Shown here: one piece after another, positions 35,318-46,561 of the stretch | How positions within the stretch are numbered: the stretch's first letter is position 1 | Layout: every line of letters begins with the position of its first letter | Origin: TPA_inf: Saccharomyces | Taxonomy: Eukaryota | Direction of reading: 5' to 3' | Length of the DNA: 64,000 nt | Assembly (NCBI GenBank): GCA_000146045.2 | Contig: BK006945.2 | Coordinates: forward strand, 544,001 to 608,000 | Notes under the pieces: model-generated | The model's input: the letters and a program-made list of their open reading frames with translations, nothing else | Told to the model about the DNA's origin: nothing | Database searches by the model: none | Translations under genes and position numbers: made by a program

Positions 35318-37771
35318 CTAGAATAGCTTATCCATTTCCACTAGCGCGTAGTCTAATATGTAACTTTGTTCAACTAAGTTATCAACCCTTGTGAAATGCC
35401 TTTGCGTGTATGGAATTATTGCATCAACTATCTTTACCATTCCGGGTATCTCACTCAATTTTGCTATGTTATGATGCATCAAAATACATCTTATTGTTCT
35501 TTGCGCTATGGTATGTGTTTTTGCATTTGTATTCCAATCTCTGCATCGTTTCATTAACAAAATTAACTGTTCATCATTTAGGATAGAGATGGCTTGGTCC
35601 AATTCTTCATTGAAAATGACTTCAATTTTGCCCTCTTCGGTATCTTGTCTAGACCTTGATTCGCCCAAAGCTCTTTTCAAAACATTAAACAACCTCATTG
35701 GGTGATCTAAAGTCATTGCTAACAAAAATGCATTTGTCCAATCACCTTTGCTCATATAATTTTGAAGCGATTGTTCTTGTTCGACTTGTAATTTAGCTTT
35801 TTCTTGTTCTTCTTCTATTTCTTGTTCCGTACAATCTTTCCAAAACTGAAAAACACCATCTGCATCAGCACTTACGATCATATCACCATCATTCATAGTA
35901 CTTAAAGCCCATAATCTATTATTATGACCATCCAAAGTCTTCAGACATTCACCGCTAGAACAATCCCATATTTTGATCAAGCCATCAGCACCACAACTGA
36001 TCAGTTGTTTTTGCTTATTAATAAACGAACATCTTTGAACCGCATTGGTATGACCTTCCAATGTTTTCATAACGCTGAATGTATCCAATGACCATATCTT
36101 GACTGTTTTATCACCTGAAGAAGTTGCCAATAATTTATCATATTGGCAAAATGATACATCCCATAGTCCACGCTTGTGGTTGGCCAACGTGGCTTCCAAT
36201 TCACCATTTTCTAGGTTCCAGATCTTACAGGTCTTGTCGTATGATGCTGTTGCAAAAATAGAATCGTTAGGAGAAACTGACAAAGCATTGATATCCTTTT
36301 CATGGGCATGACGAGTATATTCGGATACCTTGATGATTTGAACATCCATACTAGCAGTTGGCTTTGGAATTATCCATTTCTTAATTGTTAAATCATTCGA
36401 TGCTGTCAATAAAAATTCAGGATATCCCTTTGAAACTATATTTGGCAATCCAACAGCAGTTACGGCAGCTGAATGACCAATATACTTGGCATAAATATCA
36501 AACTTGCAGCTGTTCTCATTGTATCTCCAAACAATAGCCGTATTATCTTTAGAGGCGGTTGCGATCCACAGGCCATCCTCAGTAGCATCCAATGAATTTA
36601 GCAAATCTTCATGACCTTCATAAATTTCGACATCCAAAGGCAGCGAAGCTTCTGGGCCTGATAAATCGGGGACGGGTATTATCCTAAGCGATGGAGAATT
36701 GGTAGCTAAAGCTAATTTATTCAGCTCTGGGCCAACATACCTCATGTCAGCAATAATACCATGATTACCAGCAATGCTCGAAGTGACCTGTATTGTGTCT
36801 TCATCATTCTTTAAGTCTTCTTCAACGTTAATTAGTTGTAATGTCTGGTCAGACAATACTAAAAACATCTGTGAATTGCTCAATATTGGAAGTACACCAA
36901 TAATGAATAACTCTTCTATAGGTTTATTGGTTCTTTTAAGCACGCTACCAGATTCAGAGTCAATTAACTGAAAGATAGCATCACCGCCGGCTGTATAAAT
37001 TATGCGTTTACCGTCACCATCCTTTAGGAATCCGCATGACTCTACCTGTTGATTTACTGGAAGTGTTTTCAACAATTTACATTTCTTTTTCATATTGAAA
37101 TCCCAGAGATTGATGATATCGTCTCTACCACCGGAAAGTAAATTTAGGCTTGGCTCATCATTATCTGGTACCTCAATGATATCCAACCCTCTCACAGCAG
37201 ATGTGTGCTCTTGTAATGTGTGCAAGCACTTCCTTTTAACAAGATCCCAAACCTTTACCATACCATTGGTGTCACCGGATGCTAATAACCATATTTTACT
37301 ATTCAATTGTCCATAAAACTTCAAACTGGAAATTGTACCACCATGACCTTTGAACGAATGAGTAATGTAACCATTTTCAATATCCACAACAATTATACTA
37401 CCATCTGTCCCTCCGACTGCGAGAAGCGTTGAAGTGGAATCTGCGTCGAGAATGTACGATGGAGAAGAGATTTTCATTGATCTGACAACTTTCCCGGTCT
37501 TAAGGTGAAAGATTTTTAAAAGCTGAGCTTGTGAAACATACGTGAGATATTGACCATCAGGAGTTAATTTCAGTGCAGTAATTTCTTGCTCGTCTTCATT
37601 AGAAATCTTGTGCAAAATTTTTCTGGAGCCTGGGGTTAAATCGATTATGTTGATTTCGTCAAGCACCGGAGTAGCTAGTATTTTACCATTTTCTGAAACA
37701 GTGGCAACAGCACTGCTTCCTGCATAAATAGGGTTTAACGATATACCTTTATATGAGGTTTTCAGATCCAT
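35318..37771 (-). CDS. UTP13: SSU processome WD40 protein Utp13
   Basis: 817 aa, ATG at 37771. Multiple WD40 repeats and a C-terminal Utp13 domain. PAC and RRPE upstream. Confidence 0.9.
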   Translation of the reverse strand: MDLKTSYKGISLNPIYAGSSAVATVSENGKILATPVLDEINIIDLTPGSRKILHKISNEDEQEITALKLTPDGQYLTYVSQAQLLKIFHLKTGKVVRSMKISSPSYILDADSTSTLLAVGGTDGSIIVVDIENGYITHSFKGHGGTISSLKFYGQLNSKIWLLASGDTNGMVKVWDLVKRKCLHTLQEHTSAVRGLDIIEVPDNDEPSLNLLSGGRDDIINLWDFNMKKKCKLLKTLPVNQQVESCGFLKDGDGKRIIYTAGGDAIFQLIDSESGSVLKRTNKPIEELFIIGVLPILSNSQMFLVLSDQTLQLINVEEDLKNDEDTIQVTSSIAGNHGIIADMRYVGPELNKLALATNSPSLRIIPVPDLSGPEASLPLDVEIYEGHEDLLNSLDATEDGLWIATASKDNTAIVWRYNENSCKFDIYAKYIGHSAAVTAVGLPNIVSKGYPEFLLTASNDLTIKKWIIPKPTASMDVQIIKVSEYTRHAHEKDINALSVSPNDSIFATASYDKTCKIWNLENGELEATLANHKRGLWDVSFCQYDKLLATSSGDKTVKIWSLDTFSVMKTLEGHTNAVQRCSFINKQKQLISCGADGLIKIWDCSSGECLKTLDGHNNRLWALSTMNDGDMIVSADADGVFQFWKDCTEQEIEEEQEKAKLQVEQEQSLQNYMSKGDWTNAFLLAMTLDHPMRLFNVLKRALGESRSRQDTEEGKIEVIFNEELDQAISILNDEQLILLMKRCRDWNTNAKTHTIAQRTIRCILMHHNIAKLSEIPGMVKIVDAIIPYTQRHFTRVDNLVEQSYILDYALVEMDKLF

Positions 37772-37857
37772 ATTGTACGTAGTATGGCTTACTACCGTTG
37801 AGAGTACTATGTTGTTGGTTCACACCTTTAATGCCATACCGCTATTATATCTGAGAG

Positions 37858-37887
37858 CGATGAGCTGAATTTTTCAGAAAATTTTCA
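37858..37887 (+). promoter_or_regulatory. PAC (GCGATGAGC) plus RRPE (AAAATTTTC) upstream of UTP13
   Basis: About 90-115 bp upstream of the UTP13 ATG (37771, minus strand). Confidence 0.65.
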
Positions 37888-38232
37888 GTCGCTTTACACG
37901 GATATATTAAGAAGCTCCATCTTAATCGCCAGAAGAGTGGATGAGGTTATCATCTCAACTAGAGTCGAAGAGTAAGGCAATCCATCAAATGGGGTTGCTT
38001 GAGGCTTATTTACTTTTATACGTCTGATTGGACGGATTATACCAGTAAAAAAAATATTGATTGTGTTTTTCTATAAAAATATGCATATATAAGTAAAAAA
38101 ATAACATGTAATTCTTTTCAACCAACGATAAAGCAAAATTCAGAGTAGAATAAGGCAAAGTCACATACTGATGATGATATTGTAAACGAAAGGTGATTTG
38201 ATTGTAGTAACCATAAAAAAATGCAAAATAGC

Positions 38233-41200
38233 TCATTGTAAGACGTCATTGAATTCGAATGAATGGTTAACATCATTGCCCATAATTCCTTCGATATCTG
38301 CCAATGCACTCTCACTAAATAAACCATTTTTAGTGAAACGAAGATTTTCAGCCGCTGCTTCCACCATACTTTGCCTTCTTCTCCACATGGAATTACTATT
38401 TTCATGGCTTAATGTATTGTCGAATTGCACAGGAGCGGTTAACGATGCTAGGATATCGGCGTCAGTATCTTCGATCACATGACCTTCTTGTGCATCATAA
38501 CCGTTAATATCACCTACAGACAGTAAGTCATTTTCATCTTTGCCCAAAATCTCATGAATTTCATCTAAACCAACACTTTTTGTTGAATTTTTCCTTGTAT
38601 TGCTGTCCACGGCAAGATCAGAATTATGAGGTATTAATGACGCATCTTCAGGTGCGTGAGAGGGAAGTTCATTCATAGGGGTATTTTCATTGGTTGTAAA
38701 ATCGGTACCGGTATTTATGTCGCTATGGCTGTTATTGTTACCGATGATCTCATGGCCATTGATTCCCAATTGTAAATTCATAGTTTCTTGCTCCTTTATT
38801 GCCTTTTGTCTTTGCTTTCTTATTTTAAGAAGCTTCTTTTTTTTCTTTAACTGCCTTTTTTTTTCAGTTTTTTTCCGTTGTAGCTCTTTCATCTTATCAA
38901 TCTTCTTTCTTGTTCTTTCATTACCAATATAGCCAATGGGAACTTTTCTGTTAGAATTTGCTGGTATCATGTACTCATCTTCTTCATAGGCATTAATACC
39001 CTTATTTCTAAATGCAGATAATGGAACCTTAGGAACTTCATACCAATCTGCAGCATGGCCATTTGTGCTTTTGCTATTAATTGCATCATTGTAATTGTTC
39101 TCCATATCGTCTGTGTGGGATGGTGAATCATCCTCCAATTCACTCATGTTTAGCAGCTCATTGAGTGTCAATTCGTCACCGTTATTGCCATTAGAGCTTC
39201 CCTCTCTTTTAACATCTGGGGTTTGAGCCCTTTGATGTTGCTCGCGAAGCTGTTGATGTTCTTGGATTAAGGCGTATAATGATTTAGTAGACAGACCATC
39301 AATAATACTAAAAGGTTTGTTGTCCGTCTCCCAAGTACCCAATTTTGGTGGACGTAATCCAACAACATTTGAACTTACGATTTCCTTTGCTTTTGAGCCA
39401 ATGTTTTTTGACCTTGAACTTGGGGGCGGTAGGTTATCATCTTCATCTGTGGATTCGTCATCAACGTACACAACAGTCTCTAAGAGATCATGTTTGCAAT
39501 CTTTGGATCCATCAGAATTTTCTTTGTCTGAGTTAGAACTTATCAAAGAGGAAGATCCATCGCTGTCGTAATGAAAGTAAAAAGAGTCTGGATCTAAATC
39601 ATCGATGTCTATGAACACATTTGTCACGCTGGAATCATCGTCGTCGTCTTCGTAATCGTCGTCCAGTTCTGTGCCAATGTCTAAGCTATCTGAATCTAGT
39701 GCCCTCAATTCTTCATCCGTGTCAGCATCGTGGGACGTTTCAGATTCACTGCATTCATCATCTGAAGGCATATGGGCAACATCCAACAAAATGTTATCAT
39801 ATTCATCGTCAGAAGAATCATATTTCCCGGAATTCAGGACCGTACTATGAGTGGATGGTTCCAGATCATCATTGGATTTTATCAAATTCGAGCCTTTATT
39901 CTTATGTTCAATATGACTTTTGCCCGATTTATGCCTGCCTTTCTTGCTCTTATGGCCACTATTTTCATCATCTGATTGAAAAAAAACATTGAAAATATAC
40001 TCATCATTGTCCACATTGGAGGTTGTTCTCGTACTAGGTTTTTGCGTCTTTTTATAGAGCTTTCGTCTTTGTTTCCTTTCTTCCTGTTCCCGTTTTTTGG
40101 CCTCTTTCTTTTTTAGTTTAGATAGTTTTTCATCATTTAGCATTAACGGTAAAGATGTACTCAAGGATAGCTTTGGCTCTGAACCATCGCCATAATAATA
40201 AAGATTTGCAAATTTAGGATCTTCATAAAACGGCATATCAAAATCAGACATTATTTCATCTTCTTCGTCATCTTCTTCATCATATCCGTTTTCTTGATTG
40301 TATTCATTTTGCAAAAATTTATTTTCAGCATCTTCTACAGGATCAGACCCTTCTTCGTGTATACTACCATCGAATGAGAGTTCGTCGTCATTTTGTAGCT
40401 CAGAAACAATGTTTTGTTCTTCTTCTTCCAATATGGGAAGATCGTCTTCCCCCGTTTCAAGATCTGTACCAATTTCTCCATGAGAATCTTCATTGTTAAT
40501 CACGTCAAAGTACGCATCCTGGTCAATATCATATTCAGATTCATCTGACTCTGAAATATTGGGAAATCGTAACTCATCGTTGTTACCTAACATCACCTTA
40601 GAATCCAGTTTATCTTCTTCATTACCATTGTTCTCTTTGTTTTTTAAATCCAAGACTTCTTCACCTATATCCTCGTTATAGCCTTCATTACCATTACCAA
40701 AACTAATGCCGTCGTCCTCTTTTTTGAATTTAAACGATAGCGCCTGTTGTGTAGTAGTAGTGCCTGAACCGTTTACTTCTTTTTTGTTTGATTCTTGTTG
40801 TTTTTGTTGCTCTTCTTTCTCTTTTTCTTTTTCTTCTTTCTGCTCTTCTTCATTTTCTTTCTTAGGGGATAGTTTAACTGATTTATTTTTGTTACTGTTC
40901 TCACGAGAGGAATAGAGTGTATTGCTATTTGTATTCATGGCAGATAAAGCTTTCATGGCTCTTTTCTTTCTTTGGGCCGTCAGTTTGACAAAATCTATAT
41001 TCTCGTCATCAGAACTTGTTTCGCTATCACTATCACTATCACTTCCGTCATCATCATCGTCGTCGTCGTCTTCGTCATCATCTTCTTCTTCTTCTTCACT
41101 CTCTTCTTCTTCATTTTCACTCTCTTCGCCATCTGTTACAGCTTGGTAATCGGATGACTCTGTGCCCTCGTCGTCATTGTCTATTTGCCTTTGTATAAGT

Positions 41201-41490
41201 TTACTTTTTTTTCCTTGGGAATTATTTGAAATGTTCTTTGCTTTTCTTTTAATTTTATGTGGGTTTGTACTTTTGTTTTTATCAGAATCAGATACGTCAC
41301 TCAAGGATGACTCAGAAGAGTATATAAGGCTAAATCTTCTTGGCCTCGTTGTACTCAGTGTGGGTGGTGATTGCCTGGACTTTGTATCGGATTCGCCCTT
41401 TTTTATGAGCCTTTTAATATTTGCTGGCAGTTTACCAGAATGTGTACTATGATTGATCGTACTTTTTCGAGGACTTTTTTTGCCTGCCAT
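38233..41490 (-). CDS. IFH1: Ribosomal-protein-gene transcription coactivator Ifh1 (Fhl1 partner), highly acidic and Ser-rich
   Basis: 1085 aa, ATG at 41490. Long D/E runs (EEEEDDDEDDDDDDDDGSDSDSDSETSSDDE). Matches Ifh1 length and composition. Confidence 0.88.
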   Translation of the reverse strand: MAGKKSPRKSTINHSTHSGKLPANIKRLIKKGESDTKSRQSPPTLSTTRPRRFSLIYSSESSLSDVSDSDKNKSTNPHKIKRKAKNISNNSQGKKSKLIQRQIDNDDEGTESSDYQAVTDGEESENEEEESEEEEEDDDEDDDDDDDDGSDSDSDSETSSDDENIDFVKLTAQRKKRAMKALSAMNTNSNTLYSSRENSNKNKSVKLSPKKENEEEQKEEKEKEKEEQQKQQESNKKEVNGSGTTTTQQALSFKFKKEDDGISFGNGNEGYNEDIGEEVLDLKNKENNGNEEDKLDSKVMLGNNDELRFPNISESDESEYDIDQDAYFDVINNEDSHGEIGTDLETGEDDLPILEEEEQNIVSELQNDDELSFDGSIHEEGSDPVEDAENKFLQNEYNQENGYDEEDDEEDEIMSDFDMPFYEDPKFANLYYYGDGSEPKLSLSTSLPLMLNDEKLSKLKKKEAKKREQEERKQRRKLYKKTQKPSTRTTSNVDNDEYIFNVFFQSDDENSGHKSKKGRHKSGKSHIEHKNKGSNLIKSNDDLEPSTHSTVLNSGKYDSSDDEYDNILLDVAHMPSDDECSESETSHDADTDEELRALDSDSLDIGTELDDDYEDDDDDSSVTNVFIDIDDLDPDSFYFHYDSDGSSSLISSNSDKENSDGSKDCKHDLLETVVYVDDESTDEDDNLPPPSSRSKNIGSKAKEIVSSNVVGLRPPKLGTWETDNKPFSIIDGLSTKSLYALIQEHQQLREQHQRAQTPDVKREGSSNGNNGDELTLNELLNMSELEDDSPSHTDDMENNYNDAINSKSTNGHAADWYEVPKVPLSAFRNKGINAYEEDEYMIPANSNRKVPIGYIGNERTRKKIDKMKELQRKKTEKKRQLKKKKKLLKIRKQRQKAIKEQETMNLQLGINGHEIIGNNNSHSDINTGTDFTTNENTPMNELPSHAPEDASLIPHNSDLAVDSNTRKNSTKSVGLDEIHEILGKDENDLLSVGDINGYDAQEGHVIEDTDADILASLTAPVQFDNTLSHENSNSMWRRRQSMVEAAAENLRFTKNGLFSESALADIEGIMGNDVNHSFEFNDVLQ

Positions 41491-41920
41491 TTCGTTCTGT
41501 TTCCAGTTTGCCGGTTGTTTTTTCCTTATTTGTTTATTTGCTTCCTTGTTGAATTTCCTTCAATTTCAACAAGCTTGAAAATGAATTTCGTAGAATGAAT
41601 ATTACTATGTTTGAAATGGTTATTGCTTATGATGCTCACCGAAGTTAAAAAAAATATTATAGGTTTGTCCTATGTTAGAATTGTGGAAAGGGAGGAATGT
41701 AATAAATAAGCAGTAATTAAATATAGCCTTTTGAAGAGTTCCTCCTTTTAATTTCTTGTAGCAAGTGTTTCGAATGTATTCAAATATTACCAATGATTAT
41801 ACAAATACTTACAGCAAGTCAATTAAAGAGCCGTAAAAGCTAAACGTCAAAACGTGTAAAGCACCTATTATCTAGTCTCTTTTCCCTAGTTGTACTTTAA
41901 ATCAATTTAGTGATGAGATG

Positions 41921-41942
41921 AAAAAAAAAAAAAAAAAAAAAA
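41921..41942. repeat. Poly(dA) tract of 22 nt preceded by a PAC-like TGATGAGATG
   Basis: A22 run in the long IFH1/UCC1 intergenic region. TGATGAGATG at 41911-41920. Confidence 0.85.
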
Positions 41943-42463
41943 GAATTCCAACGAAAAAGAAACGACGGGCAGGGCAACCTTTAGAGATTTCAATCCGTAT
42001 AAAGAGATGTAGTAGGCAGTACGGGTAACATCGTCACAATTCATAATGGAACTATCTAGCTTTTGCTTGATTGCAAAGTTCTACACCCGTTGATACTTCA
42101 AACATCTTTGCAATACGTAGGTAGGGGTCGCGTACTAGCAGCCTCCTAGTTAAGTGTATCTTTCAATCGCATTACGGAACAACTAGGCATCCCGAACCCC
42201 ACACGGAAAAATCGGAACAATAACTGAAAATTTCCTTTTTCTTTTTTTTGCTCTTCAAAGTCTCTGCCCCTCTATTGCGTACTCGATTGATTTTTTTATC
42301 AAAGGCCATCTCAGACAAGTAGATCTACATTGGAGTTTCTCATAATATTATCACTATCGGAAGGTAGCATAACCTTTAATAGAGTTTCCGCTGTTTGCTT
42401 GGCTCGTTTTTTTGTTTGTACTATGCCTATTGGCGCAAAGAAGACAGAGTGTGCAAACAAGAG

Positions 42464-43573
42464 ATGAATCAGAGCGATAGCAGCTTGATGGATTTACCAC
42501 TGGAGATACATTTATCATTACTAGAGTACGTGCCTAATGAACTTCGTGCTGTCAATAAATACTTCTACGTTTTGCATAACCACAGCTATAAGGAGAAGAG
42601 TTTGGCGTGGATAGCTGAGGACAACTATATATGGGCCGTTGTCAAACATTCATTATGTTTATATGTCAAGAGTTTGGACCCACTTCGACAGCATGCCAGA
42701 GAAATCATTCAAGAAACGAAGGAACCAGGTTTTAATGTGCCACTGTGCATGACTAAATACATCGCAGATTCTTGGTATATTGTATACAATGCGCTGCAAT
42801 ATCCTGGAAAGATAATTAATATGGGATGGGACAAATATACCAAAAGTCAAGATTCAAATGGTTCTGATTCTACCAGTAACTTTAATAGTCGGCCCAAGGA
42901 AAGAACTCTTATGCAGTCGTTGACAGCTTTACCTGTTAACTTTTGGTCCAGGAGGAAGGACGAGCCTACACCGGTAAACGTTTGGTTTTATGTAAAAAAT
43001 GCGCACGTTGCCAGATACATACCGAAAATTATTACGGAAATAGGCATATGCAACTATGGGCCGAAGCAGATCGTGGCAAGTGCAGGATATATCAACGAAT
43101 TGATAACATCTGAAGGAATATACTGTGTTAACCTAGGCCACCTTCCCAGGCTATACGATGAGCAAATTTTTGAAGGCACTGGAACGACACATCTTCCCCT
43201 GGAACTGAAAGCTATCGACAGGACAGATTCAGATGTTTGTATCAATGGTGATTTAGTTCTACTCGGTTATGACTTTATTCCATATCAGATATCGAAGCCG
43301 TGGTTACTCTTTAGAATCGAACCCGTAAATAGCATTGAAGCAATCTTCAACTATAGTGAATGTTCTTTTTCATACCAGTTTGCATGGAGTTTGGCCTGCT
43401 TACAATCTGAAGAGAAAATTTCATTTCCTAGAGACACGATAATTGGGCACGGTTTACCTTACAAGCCATCCAAATTGATAAGAATTTTCGTCTACAAGCA
43501 TCCGGAACAAAAGCAAGATCTTGGTCAAGAAATAGCATTGCCCAACTGGAATACCCCTTATCTTCGAAGATGA
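42464..43573 (+). CDS. UCC1: F-box protein, SCF substrate adaptor
   Basis: 369 aa from the ATG at 42464 (MNQSDSSLMDLPLEIHLSLLEYVP = F-box). The ORF-track start at 42395 is TTG. Confidence 0.8.
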   Translation: MNQSDSSLMDLPLEIHLSLLEYVPNELRAVNKYFYVLHNHSYKEKSLAWIAEDNYIWAVVKHSLCLYVKSLDPLRQHAREIIQETKEPGFNVPLCMTKYIADSWYIVYNALQYPGKIINMGWDKYTKSQDSNGSDSTSNFNSRPKERTLMQSLTALPVNFWSRRKDEPTPVNVWFYVKNAHVARYIPKIITEIGICNYGPKQIVASAGYINELITSEGIYCVNLGHLPRLYDEQIFEGTGTTHLPLELKAIDRTDSDVCINGDLVLLGYDFIPYQISKPWLLFRIEPVNSIEAIFNYSECSFSYQFAWSLACLQSEEKISFPRDTIIGHGLPYKPSKLIRIFVYKHPEQKQDLGQEIALPNWNTPYLRR

Positions 43574-43694
43574 AAAAAAAATTTATCAATTAGTCTATAA
43601 TATATGTGTATATACGTCTATGCACCTACCTACTTATAAATGGATATAATATTCTTGCAATGATGAAAATATGTATAGTCAAATTTCATTTTTT

Positions 43695-44918
43695 TCAATT
43701 GATAAATGTACTTTCAATGATGGAAACTCCTTCATCGTCATCGAATTTAGACTTCTGGCAGAATTGGTAAATGAATGGCTTCATGTTTGCCAGATTTTCA
43801 GCAATAGACCTAATGAAAGCGGGCAGCTCACTCATTATATCGTACCTATTGACTAATCTTAAATTAGATTCTTCAAAACCACGCGGAAATGAAATGGATG
43901 TAGGATATTTCCAACCATTTTGCTTATCCTCTTTTGTAGATGGAAATTTAACAGCATGATCATTTACACTTGACCCGACCTCCAAAATTTTGTCCTTATC
44001 ACTAACCGCCCATATAGTCACTGTAGTGCTGCCATATTCTTTTGTTGTGGTGAATTCAATACACATCATCGAACGCTTCTCACCATTGAAACAAAGAAAA
44101 TTCCATTTACTAGCCGCCTTATTGGGTATTAGCCCCTGGACAGCATCCAGATACAACATAGGCGTGTCCTTCAAGTCCAGCTTCACAGGTTTATCGTTTT
44201 TCTTGTATGAGATGGTACCATTGCAAAAACCTCTAGGAACAAAAACATGTCTTATCATTTTTCTGGACGTACTAGAAGAGTCTCTTTTTGCTAACTCTTC
44301 CAAGCTGATGCTCTTGTCAAGGTAATAATTGGAACCGTCCGGGTTTATTATGAATCCTTCTTGTAAATTTACGGTAATGTCAACCTTCAAATCTTTTAGT
44401 AAACAGCTTGTACTTCCCTTCGGAATATCTATCTTAATTAATAATTGAGCAAATCCACTGGAGGAAGAATTTTCCAAAGGTACGAAGTGAAACGTAACAT
44501 TGTCCGATTCAACTTTTAACGTATCAAAATCTTTGATATTATCAATTTTAAAGCTTTCCCATATATCAATGTCTTCTTCAGAGTTTTCCTCACTGCTGGC
44601 TTTAAATATTTTGAAATTTAACTGAAAACCTTTGTATATACCGCCCATAACACTGGAATATAATAGTTGAATTAATCCACATTTGCCGTTGGTGAGATCC
44701 GTAAAATACAGAGTTTGTGTCTCTATTCTTGTTTCCGTTGGATTTCTTACTGCTTTTAATAAACTATGTGACTTGAACTTTTTGTGATTTGACGTCCTGC
44801 AAAACCATTCTAGTTTCGATGTATCCTGAAATTTAGTATAATTAGCATGATCCTTCTCGGATAAAACTTCCTTAACGGGGGCAAATTTCGTCTTCTCCTT
44901 TTTGATCGCAACCGCCAT
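43695..44918 (-). CDS. Svf1-family protein (YLR225C), function unknown
   Basis: 407 aa, ATG at 44918. Resembles the Svf1 (survival factor) paralog. Sits where YLR225C is expected between UCC1 and BUR2. Confidence 0.75.
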   Translation of the reverse strand: MAVAIKKEKTKFAPVKEVLSEKDHANYTKFQDTSKLEWFCRTSNHKKFKSHSLLKAVRNPTETRIETQTLYFTDLTNGKCGLIQLLYSSVMGGIYKGFQLNFKIFKASSEENSEEDIDIWESFKIDNIKDFDTLKVESDNVTFHFVPLENSSSSGFAQLLIKIDIPKGSTSCLLKDLKVDITVNLQEGFIINPDGSNYYLDKSISLEELAKRDSSSTSRKMIRHVFVPRGFCNGTISYKKNDKPVKLDLKDTPMLYLDAVQGLIPNKAASKWNFLCFNGEKRSMMCIEFTTTKEYGSTTVTIWAVSDKDKILEVGSSVNDHAVKFPSTKEDKQNGWKYPTSISFPRGFEESNLRLVNRYDIMSELPAFIRSIAENLANMKPFIYQFCQKSKFDDDEGVSIIESTFIN

Positions 44919-45353
44919 TTTTTCTTTGCTCTATGATTTTTATGTTAATTAAACTGTTCGTTGCCCTAAAATTTTGAAAATTTCTCGAATATTTAGAGAG
45001 AATCCGTCACTATTTTAGTATCTATCTTGTCTATTTATATATAAAATCTCATTCCCCTGTTATGGTTTTTGCCAAGCCCTATCCCAAAAAACCAAATGAT
45101 ACATGATAAACCTATTTATCCTCTTTAACAGACCTATCGTTTAAAGCTTTTTTATTGCAAACCCTATTCATTATGGCTTTTTGACCTAGGTCTCATTGTG
45201 ACTTCTATTTTTCACTGTTCAGTAAAAAAAGAAAAGTGATTAAAAAGTATCACTATTTCTGTTAGAAAGCAAGTAGCTATTTTGATTGGTAATTATATAC
45301 ACATATTGAAGGAGGCCGTAGTATTTTCGTTTAAAATATATTACAGTAAGATA

Positions 45354-46541
45354 ATGTCTGCTACATCTTCAAGTGGTGACGTGAAAAAATTTCAAGCTGT
45401 ACCAAAACCAACGAGCAATGCATCACCACCACCAGCATCGAGTGGGTTTAACGCAAGGACCCTATGGCCGGATTTGATAGAAACACCAGAAAACCAGTGG
45501 GTTTTTGAGTGCAAAGATATTATTGAAAAGATAGGCACTAATGGACCGATAGCAGTGGAAATAAAAAAAAATATGGAAAAATGCTTAATGTACTTTTACA
45601 CACTTAAAAAAAAATTAAATCTTTTTGATCACACCTATACGGCATCATGCATTCTATTTTACAGGTATTGGTTCATATATGGAATACCTACAGCCATAAC
45701 TGAATGTATTCATATATCACAGGGAATTCTGGTCACCGCTTGCAAAACAATGGAGAATAATAGGCCTATAGAGGCCTATATTAAGGCGACTTGTGAGTTT
45801 TTGATGCAAAATATACCGTCTTTAAAAAGTCGAACAAATATTGATAAACTTAAATGGGAATTTAGAGATAAGTTAGTGACGAATGAAAAAAAAATACTAT
45901 GTTTATTTGGCTTTGACTTAAATATCAGTAATCCAAAAGAATTGATTGAAGAAGTGTTCAGTGGCTATTATAGATTCAACAGGGATCACAATCTGCCAGA
46001 AAACTTTAAAAAAGCTTTTCCAAAAATTCTTCAAGAATCAAGAAATTTTATGGTCCAAGCTGTCACCCAGCCAGTTTCTTTATTGTGCGACGGTTATACG
46101 TTCATTGTACTATCTCTCATATACTGTGGTTTAGAGTATAAAAAGCTTGTAGACAAAGATTTCAGATATCCGAAAAACTTCTTCAAGGATAGATTCCCTA
46201 TCGAAGTAACGCCGGAAAATTTTGCCAATATCTTTACCGATTACAAGTTACTGGAAGAGAATTTTTTCAACTTAAAAAGTAATAAAGGTGCTAAATTACA
46301 AATTGATTCAAGCATGATTGATTCGGTGATTGACGAAAGTGGCGATGTGGAAAATGAAGTTTCAGAAATCTCTGATCCGTTTAACTACGAGTTGATTAAA
46401 TCCGGTGAGGTGAAGGAAGAGTTTTTGAATCATATTGAAACAAGGGTTAAAGATTTACTAGATAAGGCTAAACAAGAAAGTATGAAGAGAAAGGCTAAAG
46501 ATCCTATAAGAACCCCAGATGCCAAAAAACCTAAAATATAA
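45354..46541 (+). CDS. BUR2: Cyclin partner of the Bur1 kinase
   Basis: 395 aa from the ATG at 45354 (MSATSSSGDVKKFQAVPKP). The ORF-track start at 45282 is TTG. Confidence 0.85.
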   Translation: MSATSSSGDVKKFQAVPKPTSNASPPPASSGFNARTLWPDLIETPENQWVFECKDIIEKIGTNGPIAVEIKKNMEKCLMYFYTLKKKLNLFDHTYTASCILFYRYWFIYGIPTAITECIHISQGILVTACKTMENNRPIEAYIKATCEFLMQNIPSLKSRTNIDKLKWEFRDKLVTNEKKILCLFGFDLNISNPKELIEEVFSGYYRFNRDHNLPENFKKAFPKILQESRNFMVQAVTQPVSLLCDGYTFIVLSLIYCGLEYKKLVDKDFRYPKNFFKDRFPIEVTPENFANIFTDYKLLEENFFNLKSNKGAKLQIDSSMIDSVIDESGDVENEVSEISDPFNYELIKSGEVKEEFLNHIETRVKDLLDKAKQESMKRKAKDPIRTPDAKKPKI

Positions 46542-46561
46542 AAATAGAGTACAAGTTATGT

